Of a stretch of 64,000 bases of DNA, positions 49,100 to 59,855 are shown piece by piece (position 1 is the stretch's first letter; each line of letters starts with the position of its first letter). The translations under genes and the position numbers were made by a program. This stretch comes from Cenococcum geophilum (Eukaryota), in NCBI GenBank assembly GCA_050273025.1, contig CP158635.1:5890001-5954000 (forward strand), written 5' to 3'. The notes under the pieces are model-generated. The model saw nothing but the letters and a program-made list of their open reading frames with translations, was not told where the DNA came from and did no database searches.

Positions 49100-52000
49100 A
49101 TGTCGCGCCGACTGCGGCGCGAGGAATACACGATAGGATGGGTATGCGCCCTGCCGGTCGAGCTGGCTGCGGCGCAGGAGATGCTCGACGAAGAGCACGA
49201 GGACCTTGAGCGCGACATCAGCGACCACGACGAGAATCTATACTCTCTGGGTTCGGTTGCAGGACACAACGTCGTGCTTGTGTGCCTGCCAGCCGGCCGG
49301 ATCGGCAACAACCCCGCGGCGGCCGTGGCGACACAGATGAGGGCGACGTTCAAGGGGATCCGGTTCGGGCTGATGGTCGGTATCGGAGGAGGCGTTCCAA
49401 GCGCAGAGGTGGACATCCGACTCGGGGACGTGGTGGTCAGCCAACCACACCAGACCTTTGGCGGCGTCGTTCAATACGACCTCGGGAAGGCCACGCCAAG
49501 CGGCTTTGAGCGGACGGGGTCGCTGAACTCTCCGCCGCAGATGCTGCTCGGAGCGGTGGCCAGAGTGCGGGCGAACGAGCTCCGAGGCAGAAGCAAGCTC
49601 TCTAAACACGTCTCCAAGCTCGACCGCATTCCCAAGTTCCAGCACGACAAGACGGGGCCTGATGTTCTCTTCGAGGCAACTTACGACCACGAGGGAGGGC
49701 AGACGTGCAACCTGTGCAACACGGACAGACAAGAGGCTCGGCAACCGCGCGAAAGCGAAGAGGAGGTGGTAGTGCACTACGGGACGATTGCATCGGGGAA
49801 CCAGGTGATAAGGGATGGTCGCACGCGCGATAGGGTGAGCAGGGAGCTTGGCGGCATTCTGTGCTTCGAGATGGAGGCAGCGGGTCTGATGAACAGCTTC
49901 CCCTGCCTCGTAATCCGCGGCATCTGCGACTACGCCGACTCGCACAAGAACAAGAGGTGGCAGGCGTACGCGGCAGGGATGGCGGCGGCATGCGCGAAGG
50001 AAGTGCTGTCGGTGATACCGCCAGCAGATGTGGCGAAGACCTGCACGGTGGAAGAAACAATCAGAGGCTCAAGCAGTTAGTGTAGCAGTCGTCTTGTATT
50101 GAATAGTATGTTAGCACTAATGCCGTGGCAGACCGTGTAACTACATCCACCTACTACATTCCGTTCCCCAGGAATCGATATTTCGTCGGAAGAAGGGCCG
50201 AGCTTAATGTGCTAAAGCGGAAGTTAATAGTGAATCAGGAGTGTCAGAGGATGTCTGTCGTCGGGCTCGGTGGAACCGGTAAGACGCAGATTGTGCTGCA
50301 GTTTGCCTACACGGTAAAAGAGACCTGGCCGGAATTCTCCATCTTCTGGGCGCCCACACTGAGCATGGAGAGCTTTGAGCAGGCATGCGCGGATATCGCA
50401 AGAGCGCTGCACATACCCCAGGCGGCAGGCGGGGAAGAGGACGCGAAAGAGCTAGTAAGGCAGCACTTGAGTGCGGCTCGGGCGGGACGGTGGCTGTTAG
50501 TAGTTGATAACGCCGACGACGCGGAGATTCTCTTCGGCACCGGGCAGTCGAAGGGCATCGTCGACTACCTGCCAGAGAGCGAGGAGGGCGTGGTCGTGTT
50601 CACCACGCGCACACTGGAGGTGGCGGTGTCGCTGACACGCGGCGACGTGATCGAGCTAGGGGCGATGAATCGACAAGACGCCGTCAGCTTCCTAGAGAAG
50701 TCGCTGATCAGGAAGGACCTTGTCCGCGACGATGCGGCCACGACCGAGCTGCTAGACGAGCTGGCATGCCTGCCTTTGGCAATTGCGCAGGCAGCCGCCT
50801 ACCTAAACATGAACAGGATGTCTATTGCGAAGTACTTGCGGCTGCTGCGGAACACGGAGCATGACATTATCGGCCTCATGAGTAGGGAGTTCCGCGACGA
50901 CACGCGATACAAGGGCTCGGCGAACGCAGTGGCAACGACATGGGTGGTGTCGTTCAGCCAGATCCGCGCACGCGATACGGTCGCGGCGGATCTTCTATCG
51001 TTCATGTCCTGCATCGAATGGAAAGCAATACCGCGCTCCATCTTGCCGGGCGTGCAGCCGGAAGAGCGGATGGAGGACGCCATCGGCACGCTCTGTGCTT
51101 ACTCTTTCCTGGTAAAACGTGACGACGAGGACAGGTACGATATCCACAGACTCGTGCACCTGGCGACTAGGGTCTGGATCAGCCAGCACGGCGATATAGC
51201 AGATGAGGTAGAGAAAGCAATCCAACATGTCGTGGAAATCTTCCCGTCTAATGACTACGCGAATCGGGCAGTGTGGAGAGCGTATCTGCCGCATGCACTA
51301 CGACTGCTCGGGGGCAAGGAGGATTGTGATGTTGAAGAGAGGTCTGAGTTGTGTTTGTTAGTGGGACAGTGCTTGCAGGTTGACGGCAGGATCCAAGAAG
51401 CAGTGAAGTGGCTTGAGGAGTGTTGCCAATGGAGGAGTAGGCTTGATGAGAAGGAATCGGGTCGGCTGCTGTCGCAGCACATGCTCGCGATGGCATACGA
51501 AGCAGACGGACAGGTGAAGAAGGCGATGGAGCTGCTAGAGCATATCGTCGCAGTGGAAGCAAAGGTGCTGGCGGAAGAGCACCCTTCTCGACTGGCGTCG
51601 CAGCACGCGCTCGCAGGAGCATACCGAGCGGACGGACAAGTAAAGAAGGCGGTGGAGCTGCTAGAGTATATCGTCGCAGTGGAAGCAAAGGTGCTGGCGG
51701 AAGAGCACCCTTCTCGACTGGCGTCGCAGCACGCGCTCGCAGGAGCATACCAAGCAGACGGACAGGTGAAGAAGGCAGTGGAGCTGCTGGAGCACGTGGT
51801 CGCAGTGCAAGAGGCGCTGGCGGAAGAGCACCCTTCTCGACTGGCGTCGCAGCACGAGCTCGCAGTGGCATACCGAGCAGACGGACAGGTGAAGAAGGCG
51901 GTGGAGCTGCTGGAGCACGTGGTCGCAGTGCAAGAGGCGCTGGCGGAAGAGCACCCTTCTCGACTGGCGTCGCAGCACGCGCTCGCAGTGGCATACCGAG

Positions 52001-52530
52001 CAGACGGACAGGTGAAGAAGGCGGTGGAGCTGCTGGAGCATATCGTCGCAGTGAGAGCGAGGGTGCTAGTGGAAGAGCACCCTGATCAACTGGCGTCGCA
52101 GCACGAGCTCGCAGGGACATACCGAGCAGACGGACAGGTGAAGAAGGCGATGGAGCTGCTGGAGCACGTGGTCGCAGTGCACGAGGCGCTGGCGGAAGAG
52201 CACCCTTCTCGACTGGCGTCGCAGCACGCGCTCGCAGTGGCATACGAAGCAGACGGACAGGTGAAGAAGGCGGTGGATCTGCTGGAGCATATCGTCGCAG
52301 TGGAAGCAAAGGTGCTGGCGGAAGAGCACCCTTCTCGACTGGCGTCGCAGCACGCGCTCGCAGGAGCATACGAAGCAGACGGACAGGTGAAGAAGGCGGT
52401 GGAGCTACTAGAGCACGTGGTCGCAGTGAAAAAGGAGGTCTTTAGAGACGATCATCCTTCGCGACTTATATCACAAGAGGTACTCGAAGATTTATATATA
52501 GAGCTAACCACTAGTCTAGACCTAATATAA
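49100..52530 (+). CDS. Fungal NLR: PNP_UDP (nucleoside phosphorylase-like) - NB-ARC - TPR; join(49100..50075,50132..52530), 1124 aa
   Basis: PNP_UDP motifs YTIGWVCAL, LMVGIGGGVP, FEMEAAG and RGICDYADSHKNKRWQ. Walker A GLGGTGKT, Walker B LLVVDNAD, FTTR, LPLAI, IHRLVH. A 56-bp phase-1 intron gttagt..ctaat..cag joins the two ORFs in frame. Eight 41-42-aa TPRs follow. Confidence 0.95.
51460..52470 (+). repeat. Eight near-identical 123/126-bp TPR-coding tandem repeats
   Basis: Unit SRLASQHxLAxAYxADGQVKKAVELLEHxVAVxxxxLAEEHP. Confidence 0.95.
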
Positions 52531-53592
52531 TTTACTATCCCTTTTTAGACTTTTAGATTTCTAGCTCTATATACTATACTTTTTAAAGGGCTTTATATAG
52601 ATAGATAATAAGCTTAATATTTTAACTATTTCCTATATAAAAGAGGTTTTAGATTAGGGAACTAAAAGGGATAACTTTTAATTAACTATAAGCGAGGGAG
52701 TGATAGGTTAAGAATTAGGTAGCTTAGTCTTAAAATTTCTTATTAGTGTTTTAGACTACTCTACTAAGAAATATAATTTAAGCGTAGTTTAAAGCTAGCA
52801 CTATTATATAACTAGTAAAGTATATAAGTATATTATAAGCGATATATAACGGTAATATATATATAAAGTAGTATATTATATTGCTACTACTAGTAGGGAG
52901 AGCGGCTGACTGGCTTTTACTATTACCTTAATATTTAGACCTTTTTTATATATAATTAAAGAAAGAATTTAGGGGGAAAAGTCTTCGCTATATAAGAGTA
53001 TAATATATAGGTTTCCGCTAGAGGTTTATAATACAGCTTTTAGCTATAACTAGATTTAGACCTATAGGGTCCTAATTTATTAATCTAGTTTATTAAAACC
53101 TAGAGTGGGAACTAAAATAGAGTCTATAGCTAGCTAGCTATAGGTAGGCCTCTTAGATATATAGAAACTTAAAGATAAAAAAAGTTATAATAATTAATAG
53201 AGGGCTTTATAAAAATTGGCCTTTATACCTTTACGCGGTGGAGCCCGGGAATCTAGTATGCAGCTATTGGCGTTCTATTAGGATCGTGCTAATAGACTAC
53301 TAAAGCAAACGTAGAGACGTATATACAGCAGCGTGCCGGCGCTGCGACGTGGTGGTAGCGTGGAGAATTTTAAAAACGACCATTACGTCCAGTCTTGGCC
53401 ATGTCTGTATATTAAAAATACTACTTAAACCACGGCATCTATATCTAGCGTCCCCCCTTCCTTTTATGCGAATACTTATATAGCCTAACGACCAAATGAG
53501 CTGCACACGGCAACTAATAAGCCGTATACGGCGACCGAATAAACCGTATACGCCCTAGGAAGCCTATAATAAGTCTCTTATTCCCTACCTTA

Positions 53593-54103
53593 TGTTAGCG
53601 ACTCAGTCAATCGAGGCACGAGCACGGCAAGAGGGACGCGCAAGCCTGTACGATTGGTAGTCTATAAACGAGGATCTAAAGCTAGAGAAAGAAAAGGAGA
53701 CGGAGGGCGGCGCCGCTCGACGTTATATACGATCCTCTAGTTACGTGACGGCAACTGTCTGGAACTATATAAAACTGTCTATAACTATCCGCCATAATCC
53801 ACTAATATCCATTAGCCACAATCCACTAGTTTCCACCAGTGCCGTAACATTACCCCCCCCTCTAAAAAAGCCTGCCCTTAGGCTTTATACGTCCGTATTA
53901 TATTTATAGGGTATTCTTATCTTTATACTTAATAGGCAGCTTATTATCTTTACTATTCTAGCACTCTATCTACTTATTAAGGTACTTTAGAAGTTTGGGT
54001 TTATTAGGGTAATAACTATAGAGTTTTTAAAGCTTATAGGGACTACCTATAAAGTTCTATATAGGGTACTAAGTAGGGTCTAGGTTATACCCTTTCTAAC
54101 TAA
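53593..54103 (-). mobile_element. Ty3/Gypsy 4 (Gypsy 2-related): 3' LTR 53593-53849, PPT and chromodomain end; interrupted by Gypsy 5
   Basis: LTR termini match Gypsy 2, followed by ttacccccccctctaaaaaagcctgcccttaggc. 53940-54103 is colinear with 24703-24865. Confidence 0.9.
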
Positions 54104-57100
54104 TATAACGGAACCTTATAGCAGGAACTACGATAGGCTCGTTAATAGGCTAGGTGTATAGGAAATGTAAAGATAGTAGTTAACAACGTAATAATAACTA
54201 GTGGAGTGGTTGCCTAATAGATTAACTCTAATTATATTCTAAGAATTACTATAAGGAAGGAACTATCTAGGTAGGGACTAAGGGTCCTTAAATATACAAC
54301 CGTACTCCTATAAAATCCTTCTTATACGTAATATACGTATACTCTATCTACTTTATCGCAGATTATACAAATCCTATAAATTATGCAGATTACCTTACGT
54401 AACCTTAGTTACTATTCCTCGTTATATAGTTCTATCGGCTCTATCCTAGACTATGCTTAAATTAACTAACTAGCTTCTTCCAACTTCTCTCTAAGTAGTT
54501 ATAATATTGTACTTAAAGCGTCCGTAATACTATCTCCCTCCTCTTTATCTTTATTCTTAAAGATTTAAAATATCTCTAAGTTATTTACTAGAGGTATAAT
54601 ATCCATCTAATTAATTTAGTTAATATTGTTACTTATTATACCTAAAGCAATTTCTTCTTCTTTAACCGTTTATCATGCTCGCACTATTACAGTAATATTG
54701 TCTCTTAGTAAGATTATACCGTCTCTATATTCTCGCTGTTTAAAAGAGGGGTTAGTTTATATTATATTAGCGAGTCCATCCTTACGGTAACCATTCTTTT
54801 ATTTAGAGTGCACTAAAGCGAATATTCGTTCGTCTTATAACGTTCGCTTTATCTTTAATGCTAAATATATATAACCTATTATTCTTAATAGTTATCTGGT
54901 TCCCTAATTAATTTATCTTAAGGTCTTATATTTAATCTACTGCTATATAGCTAGATAATAAACTATCTATTACTCTAGCAGAACTGCGCCGTTTTTATAA
55001 TGCTAAATAAGAGGCTGCTAAAGCTTAGTAAAGAGCTCTTAATTCTCGTTTTACTATATCCGCTTAGTTAATCCGTCTTAAGAAGGTTTGTAAGAAGGTT
55101 TATTTTAAGGAGTAGAAACTTATAAAATAAGGTCTATAGGAACTTAGTAATAAAAGAATGGATTCTCTTCTAGCCGAGAAGAAAATAGATCTAAGTAGTT
55201 TAGTAACTGCTCTTCTTAGGTCCCCCTTAGGTAATTCATTCTTTAGTAATTCTTCTTTATTAATACTGCCTAACCTAATCTCTTCTAATACTCCTATACC
55301 TTTCCTATAGCATTCTTTAAATTATTTAGTAGTTCCTAGGTAGTCTTATTATAGCCTATCCACTTAACCTTATACCATATTTTATTGTTAATGTCCTTAT
55401 AACTAACGATCTTTAAAACTTGCTATTTGTCTTCTTCTTATTCTCTATACGTGTCTGCTTTATAAACTAGTGGCTTAATATTCCTATATGCTGGTTTTAG
55501 CATTATAATGTGCTGTATAGGGTAAATTTTTATTTTAGCTAGTAGGTTTAACTTAAATATAACCGGTGAAATCCTTTATATAATTTTAAAAGGTTCTAGT
55601 CTAACATAGTCTAACTTCTTACTTAGTTATTAACTCTTGAAAATTTTATATAGTAGCTATACTTTATCTCCCTCCTTAAGATCTGGTCCCTTAGATCTCT
55701 TAATATTATAGTATTTTTTTATTCTTTTTTATACTCCCTTTATTAATTCTATAAGGTTTATATAAAGATTTATTAACGACTTTATTCTTTCTTTAGCTGT
55801 ACTACTTATTTTCTTTACTTATTATAGTAATAATAATATCCTTAGCTTATATCTATAATTTGCCTTAAATAGTAATATGCCTATTCCTTCTTAAGGTATT
55901 ATATTATATGTAAACTATATAACTAGTAATAGTAATACCTAATTATTCTGCGCATAATTAATATAGTGTCTTAGATATTATTCTAGTGTCTAATTTAATC
56001 TTTCTATTTAACCGTCTGTCTGCGGATAATATACAGTAGAAGTTACTACTCTAACTCCTTATTCCGCTAAGAATACCTCCTAAAATGCTGCTATAAATCT
56101 TGGATCTCTATCCAATATAATCTTGCTTAATGCTCTGTATTTTATAAATACTTCTTTAATATAGATTCTAGCAATATCTTTTACTAATATTTCTTCTATA
56201 TATGCTATAAAGTATCCCCACTTTATAAGCTTATCTACTATTACTAAGATTGCGTTATAATCTTGTCCGGTAATAGGGTCTTTTAACTTTAGTAACTTAA
56301 TAATAAAGTCCTATAATATAACCTCTTATAGTCTTTCTAGTATTTTAATAGGTTATAGCCCTCTATATAGCTTATACCTCGTTAGTTTATTCCTTTAGTA
56401 ATCTAGATATTCTTTTATAACTTTTTATACTAAGCCCTAGATTCCGTTAATGATATACTCCTCCTAGAGTCTTAATACTAAGCTTATAGCTCCGTTATAT
56501 CCTTAAGTTATTCCCTTATAGAAATCTTTTATAAAATGCTCTGCTATGCTTCTTAGGATGTACTTTATTTCTTAATTTTTATATATATCTGTTTATAGAT
56601 CTTCTAGTTATACCTTTAGAATTCTCTGTACCTAAAAGCTTTCTAGTAACTTATAAACTTTTTCTAGTTCTTCCTAGGTTATTATAATTTTTAGATAATT
56701 ATACCTAATTAATCTATTTATGTCTTTTCGCAGTAAAGCCCCTAATGGCTTTTTATTGTTTTATAGTTTAGCCTTTTAACTTAAAGCATCTGCTCGTATA
56801 TTGTCTGTACCCTTAGTATACTAAATCTTAAAATGGTATTCTATAAGTATCTCTGCCTATTTAACCTATCTTTAGTTAAGTTCCTTTATTATTAGGAATC
56901 CTATTAGGTTTTTATAGTCCGTCTTAACTATAAATAGTTTTTCTATACCTTATAAGAATGCTCTTTATTTTTTTAGTGCTGTAATTATACCTAATAACTC
57001 CTTATTATAGATATTATAGTTTAACTCTAGTGGTGTTATCTTCCGACTATAGTACGCCACTAGGTGCTATCTATCTTAATGTTTCTATATAAAGTATGCC

Positions 57101-59855
57101 CTTAGTATAAAGTCTAATATATCCGTTTCTATAACCGTCTCTAGTCCTAGTTAATAGATTTTAAGAACTAGCTCCTAGGTAAACAACCTTTTAACTTCTT
57201 TAAATAATTTCCGCTGTTTATTTCCCCATGTCTATATTTCTTCTTTCTTTATTAATCGCGTAAATAGTTTAATGTTCTTTAACTATTGTGCTATAAACCT
57301 TTTATAGTAATTATAAAATCTTAAAAACGATCTTAACTGTGTAACGTTCTTTAGTTCCTACTAATTTACTATAGCCTTAATTTTCTTTAGATCTATACTA
57401 AGTTGGCCTAGTTTAATAATAAATCCGACGAAATTGGTCTTTCTAGTAAAGAACTCGCATTTTTTAATTGCTACTAGTATCTGTTCTTCTTATAGTCTCT
57501 TTAAAACCCATTTAATATGTTCTCCGTATTCTTCCTTAGTTATTAAGTAGATAATAATAATATTAAGATATACTATAATAAATTAATTTAAGTGTTCTCT
57601 TAATATATTGTTAATACGCTTTTAGAACGTTGCTAGTGCGTTTATAAGCCTAAATTGCATAACTAATGGTTTATATAGTCCTTCCTTTAACCTAAAGGCT
57701 GCCTTTTATTTATTACCTTCCTTAATCCGGATCTAATAGTACGCCTATCTTAGATCTATCTTCGTAAAGATTTACGCATTGCCTATCCTGTCTTAGATTT
57801 CGCTAATTAAGGGTAAAGGATACCTATTCTTTCTGGTGATGCTATTTAACTATCTATAGTTAATATATAGTCTTAGTTTACTATTTTTCTTTAGTATAAA
57901 CAGTACTAGATAACCCGCTAATAATTGCGATAGTCTAATATATCCCTTTTATAGGTTTTCTTAGATAAACTCTTTTAGTGCTCTACCTTCTTCTTTAGTA
58001 AGCTTATAGATTAGAAAGAACCTTAGACTTGTTCCTAGTTCCAATTCTATTTTATAGTCCCATACTATATACTTTAACAGCTTTTTACTCTTTAGTAACT
58101 ATAGTTTCTTACTGTACTTATAATATCTTTTTGGTATATAACTTAAGCCTCGCTTAGTCTCTTTATATATTGCTCTAACTTAGTACTATACTAATTTAGT
58201 TTATTATTGTATTTTGCGGCGTTAAGTATCCCTAATATCGACCTAACCTATAATCTAATTAATCTTTAGATTATATTTCTATAACTAAGGTATTCCTAGT
58301 ACTGCCTTGTTATTTCCTAATAGTAATACATTAAAAGACATCTTAATTTATCTTCCTTTAATGGTTAACTAAATAGGTCCTATTTTAAGGTTAATAATCC
58401 CTCCTCTATAGGTTATTAGATCTCCTAAAATCGTCACTAATAGGTAAGGACACTCCTTTTGCCTATGTAGTAACCCTATTCTTTTAACTGCTACTAGTGA
58501 GATATGGTTCCTTATTGCTCTACTATTTATTAATGCTTTAAACTGTTAATCTTGCCACTTAACTCGTAAATTTAGGTGTTGTCCTTAAATTCCTTTAAGG
58601 GTTTAAGGCTTTACTACTAGTTCCCTCTAGTCCTATAGGCCTCTACTTTTCCTAACTATTAACTACTTAATCCTATTTATACTTAGTCCAACTTAAGCTA
58701 ATACTTAGTTCGCTTTTTATCTTTAATATGCTATAGATACGTGTTCTTTAGGCATTCCTACCACTATTGTCCATCTAGGCATTCTTCTATAAGGAATCTT
58801 CTAGGTTAAAGTATTAAGTCCCCTTATTCTTAAACTTCTATAGGGTGCCAACTATACATATACCTAGCGTTTTAATATTTCGCCTTATCTAATAACCAGT
58901 GTATCCTTATTAAGTACTTCCGGTTTTTATTTTTTAGTGCTCTATATATATTACACGCATTATCTACATACGCTATCTATACCAATATGTAATGTGCTTA
59001 GTGTTTTAGGTTAACTCTTGGTTTGTTTTTATCCTTAAGTTTAAACCTTTCTTGTACTAGTCTAAGCGTTACAACTTTATTCGCAGGTACTAAGATTTAT
59101 CTTTTACTTCTCTAGTCCTCTAATCGCTCCTTTAGATCCTTTAATATTATAATTAAGGCTCCTTTAATATAACTTATAGCTTTCTCTATAATTAGGTGGT
59201 TTTAGACAACTTTTTCATCCAACTATATATAGAAATCTTCCTACTTATTATTGTGTTGTTGCCTATACCACTTTTAGTATAGCTGCTGGAGTATATATAG
59301 CTTATCCGTTAGGAAGTATCTTCTTATTACTGTATTATAATAGCCCTTTATATATTGTTCTTTAAACCTAGTTAGGATCCCTAGATCCTCTTCTTATTCC
59401 AGTTTAGTAAGCTACTTAGCTCTTAGTATGCCTGCTCTAGGCCTATTAGTGATTTTTTGTACTAGTGCTCTGTCTTTTATACGACCTAGTGTGCTAGATC
59501 TTTTGTCTAGTTTCTGTTCTTGCTATAAGGTAATTCTTACTCTAAATTCCTCTATGGTTTCTTTCTTTTCGCGTCTTATAAGTGGATCCTTAAAGTTATC
59601 TTGCTTTTTAATTCTAGTATTAATTTTCCGATCTTTAGGCCGAATACTATATTCTCCTAGTAAGTCCTCTAGGTTTATATATCTGTCTCCTAATCTAACT
59701 GCTATTTATGCTGCAGATTCTCTAATCTATAAAGAAGCCTCTTGCCTCTTCTTTATAGATGTCTTTATTTAAACTCCAAATTCTTAATCCCTTGGATTCT
59801 TTAATCCTAAGCTTGCTTCCATCTTAAGCTTAGCTCCAGCCTTAGTCTAACTAGG
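54104..59855 (-). mobile_element. Ty3/Gypsy 5 (same family as Gypsy 3): 3' LTR 54104-54529, antisense ORF, pol, part of gag extension; interrupted by Gypsy 6
   Basis: Reverse complement of ~42008-48106, lacking the solo LTR. Confidence 0.93.
54638..55200 (+). pseudogene. Antisense ORF of Gypsy 5: Zn(II)2Cys6-like motif plus coiled coil (RIPed, probably with an intron)
   Basis: Reads PSLYSRCLKEGLVYIILASPSLR*PFFYLECTKANIRSSY; de-RIP gives PCSRCSKEGLVC...CSECTKANIRSSC. Confidence 0.65.

Noticed and set aside
49100..50080. PNP_UDP and NB-ARC-TPR as two separate genes
   Set aside because: A canonical 56-bp intron joins them in frame, and the second ORF has only a GTG start.
48910..52369. Overlapping/antisense ORFs (e.g. 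49238-49945, 51248-52369)
   Set aside because: Shadow frames of the GC-rich, repetitive NLR CDS; no independent support.
52620..53592. RIP-like sequence downstream of the NLR with an intron-like gtatgc..ctaatag
   Set aside because: No product, termini or TSD could be assigned; left unannotated.
48562..53592. NLR as Starship cargo
   Set aside because: No tyrosine-recombinase captain or Starship boundary is recognisable in this window.
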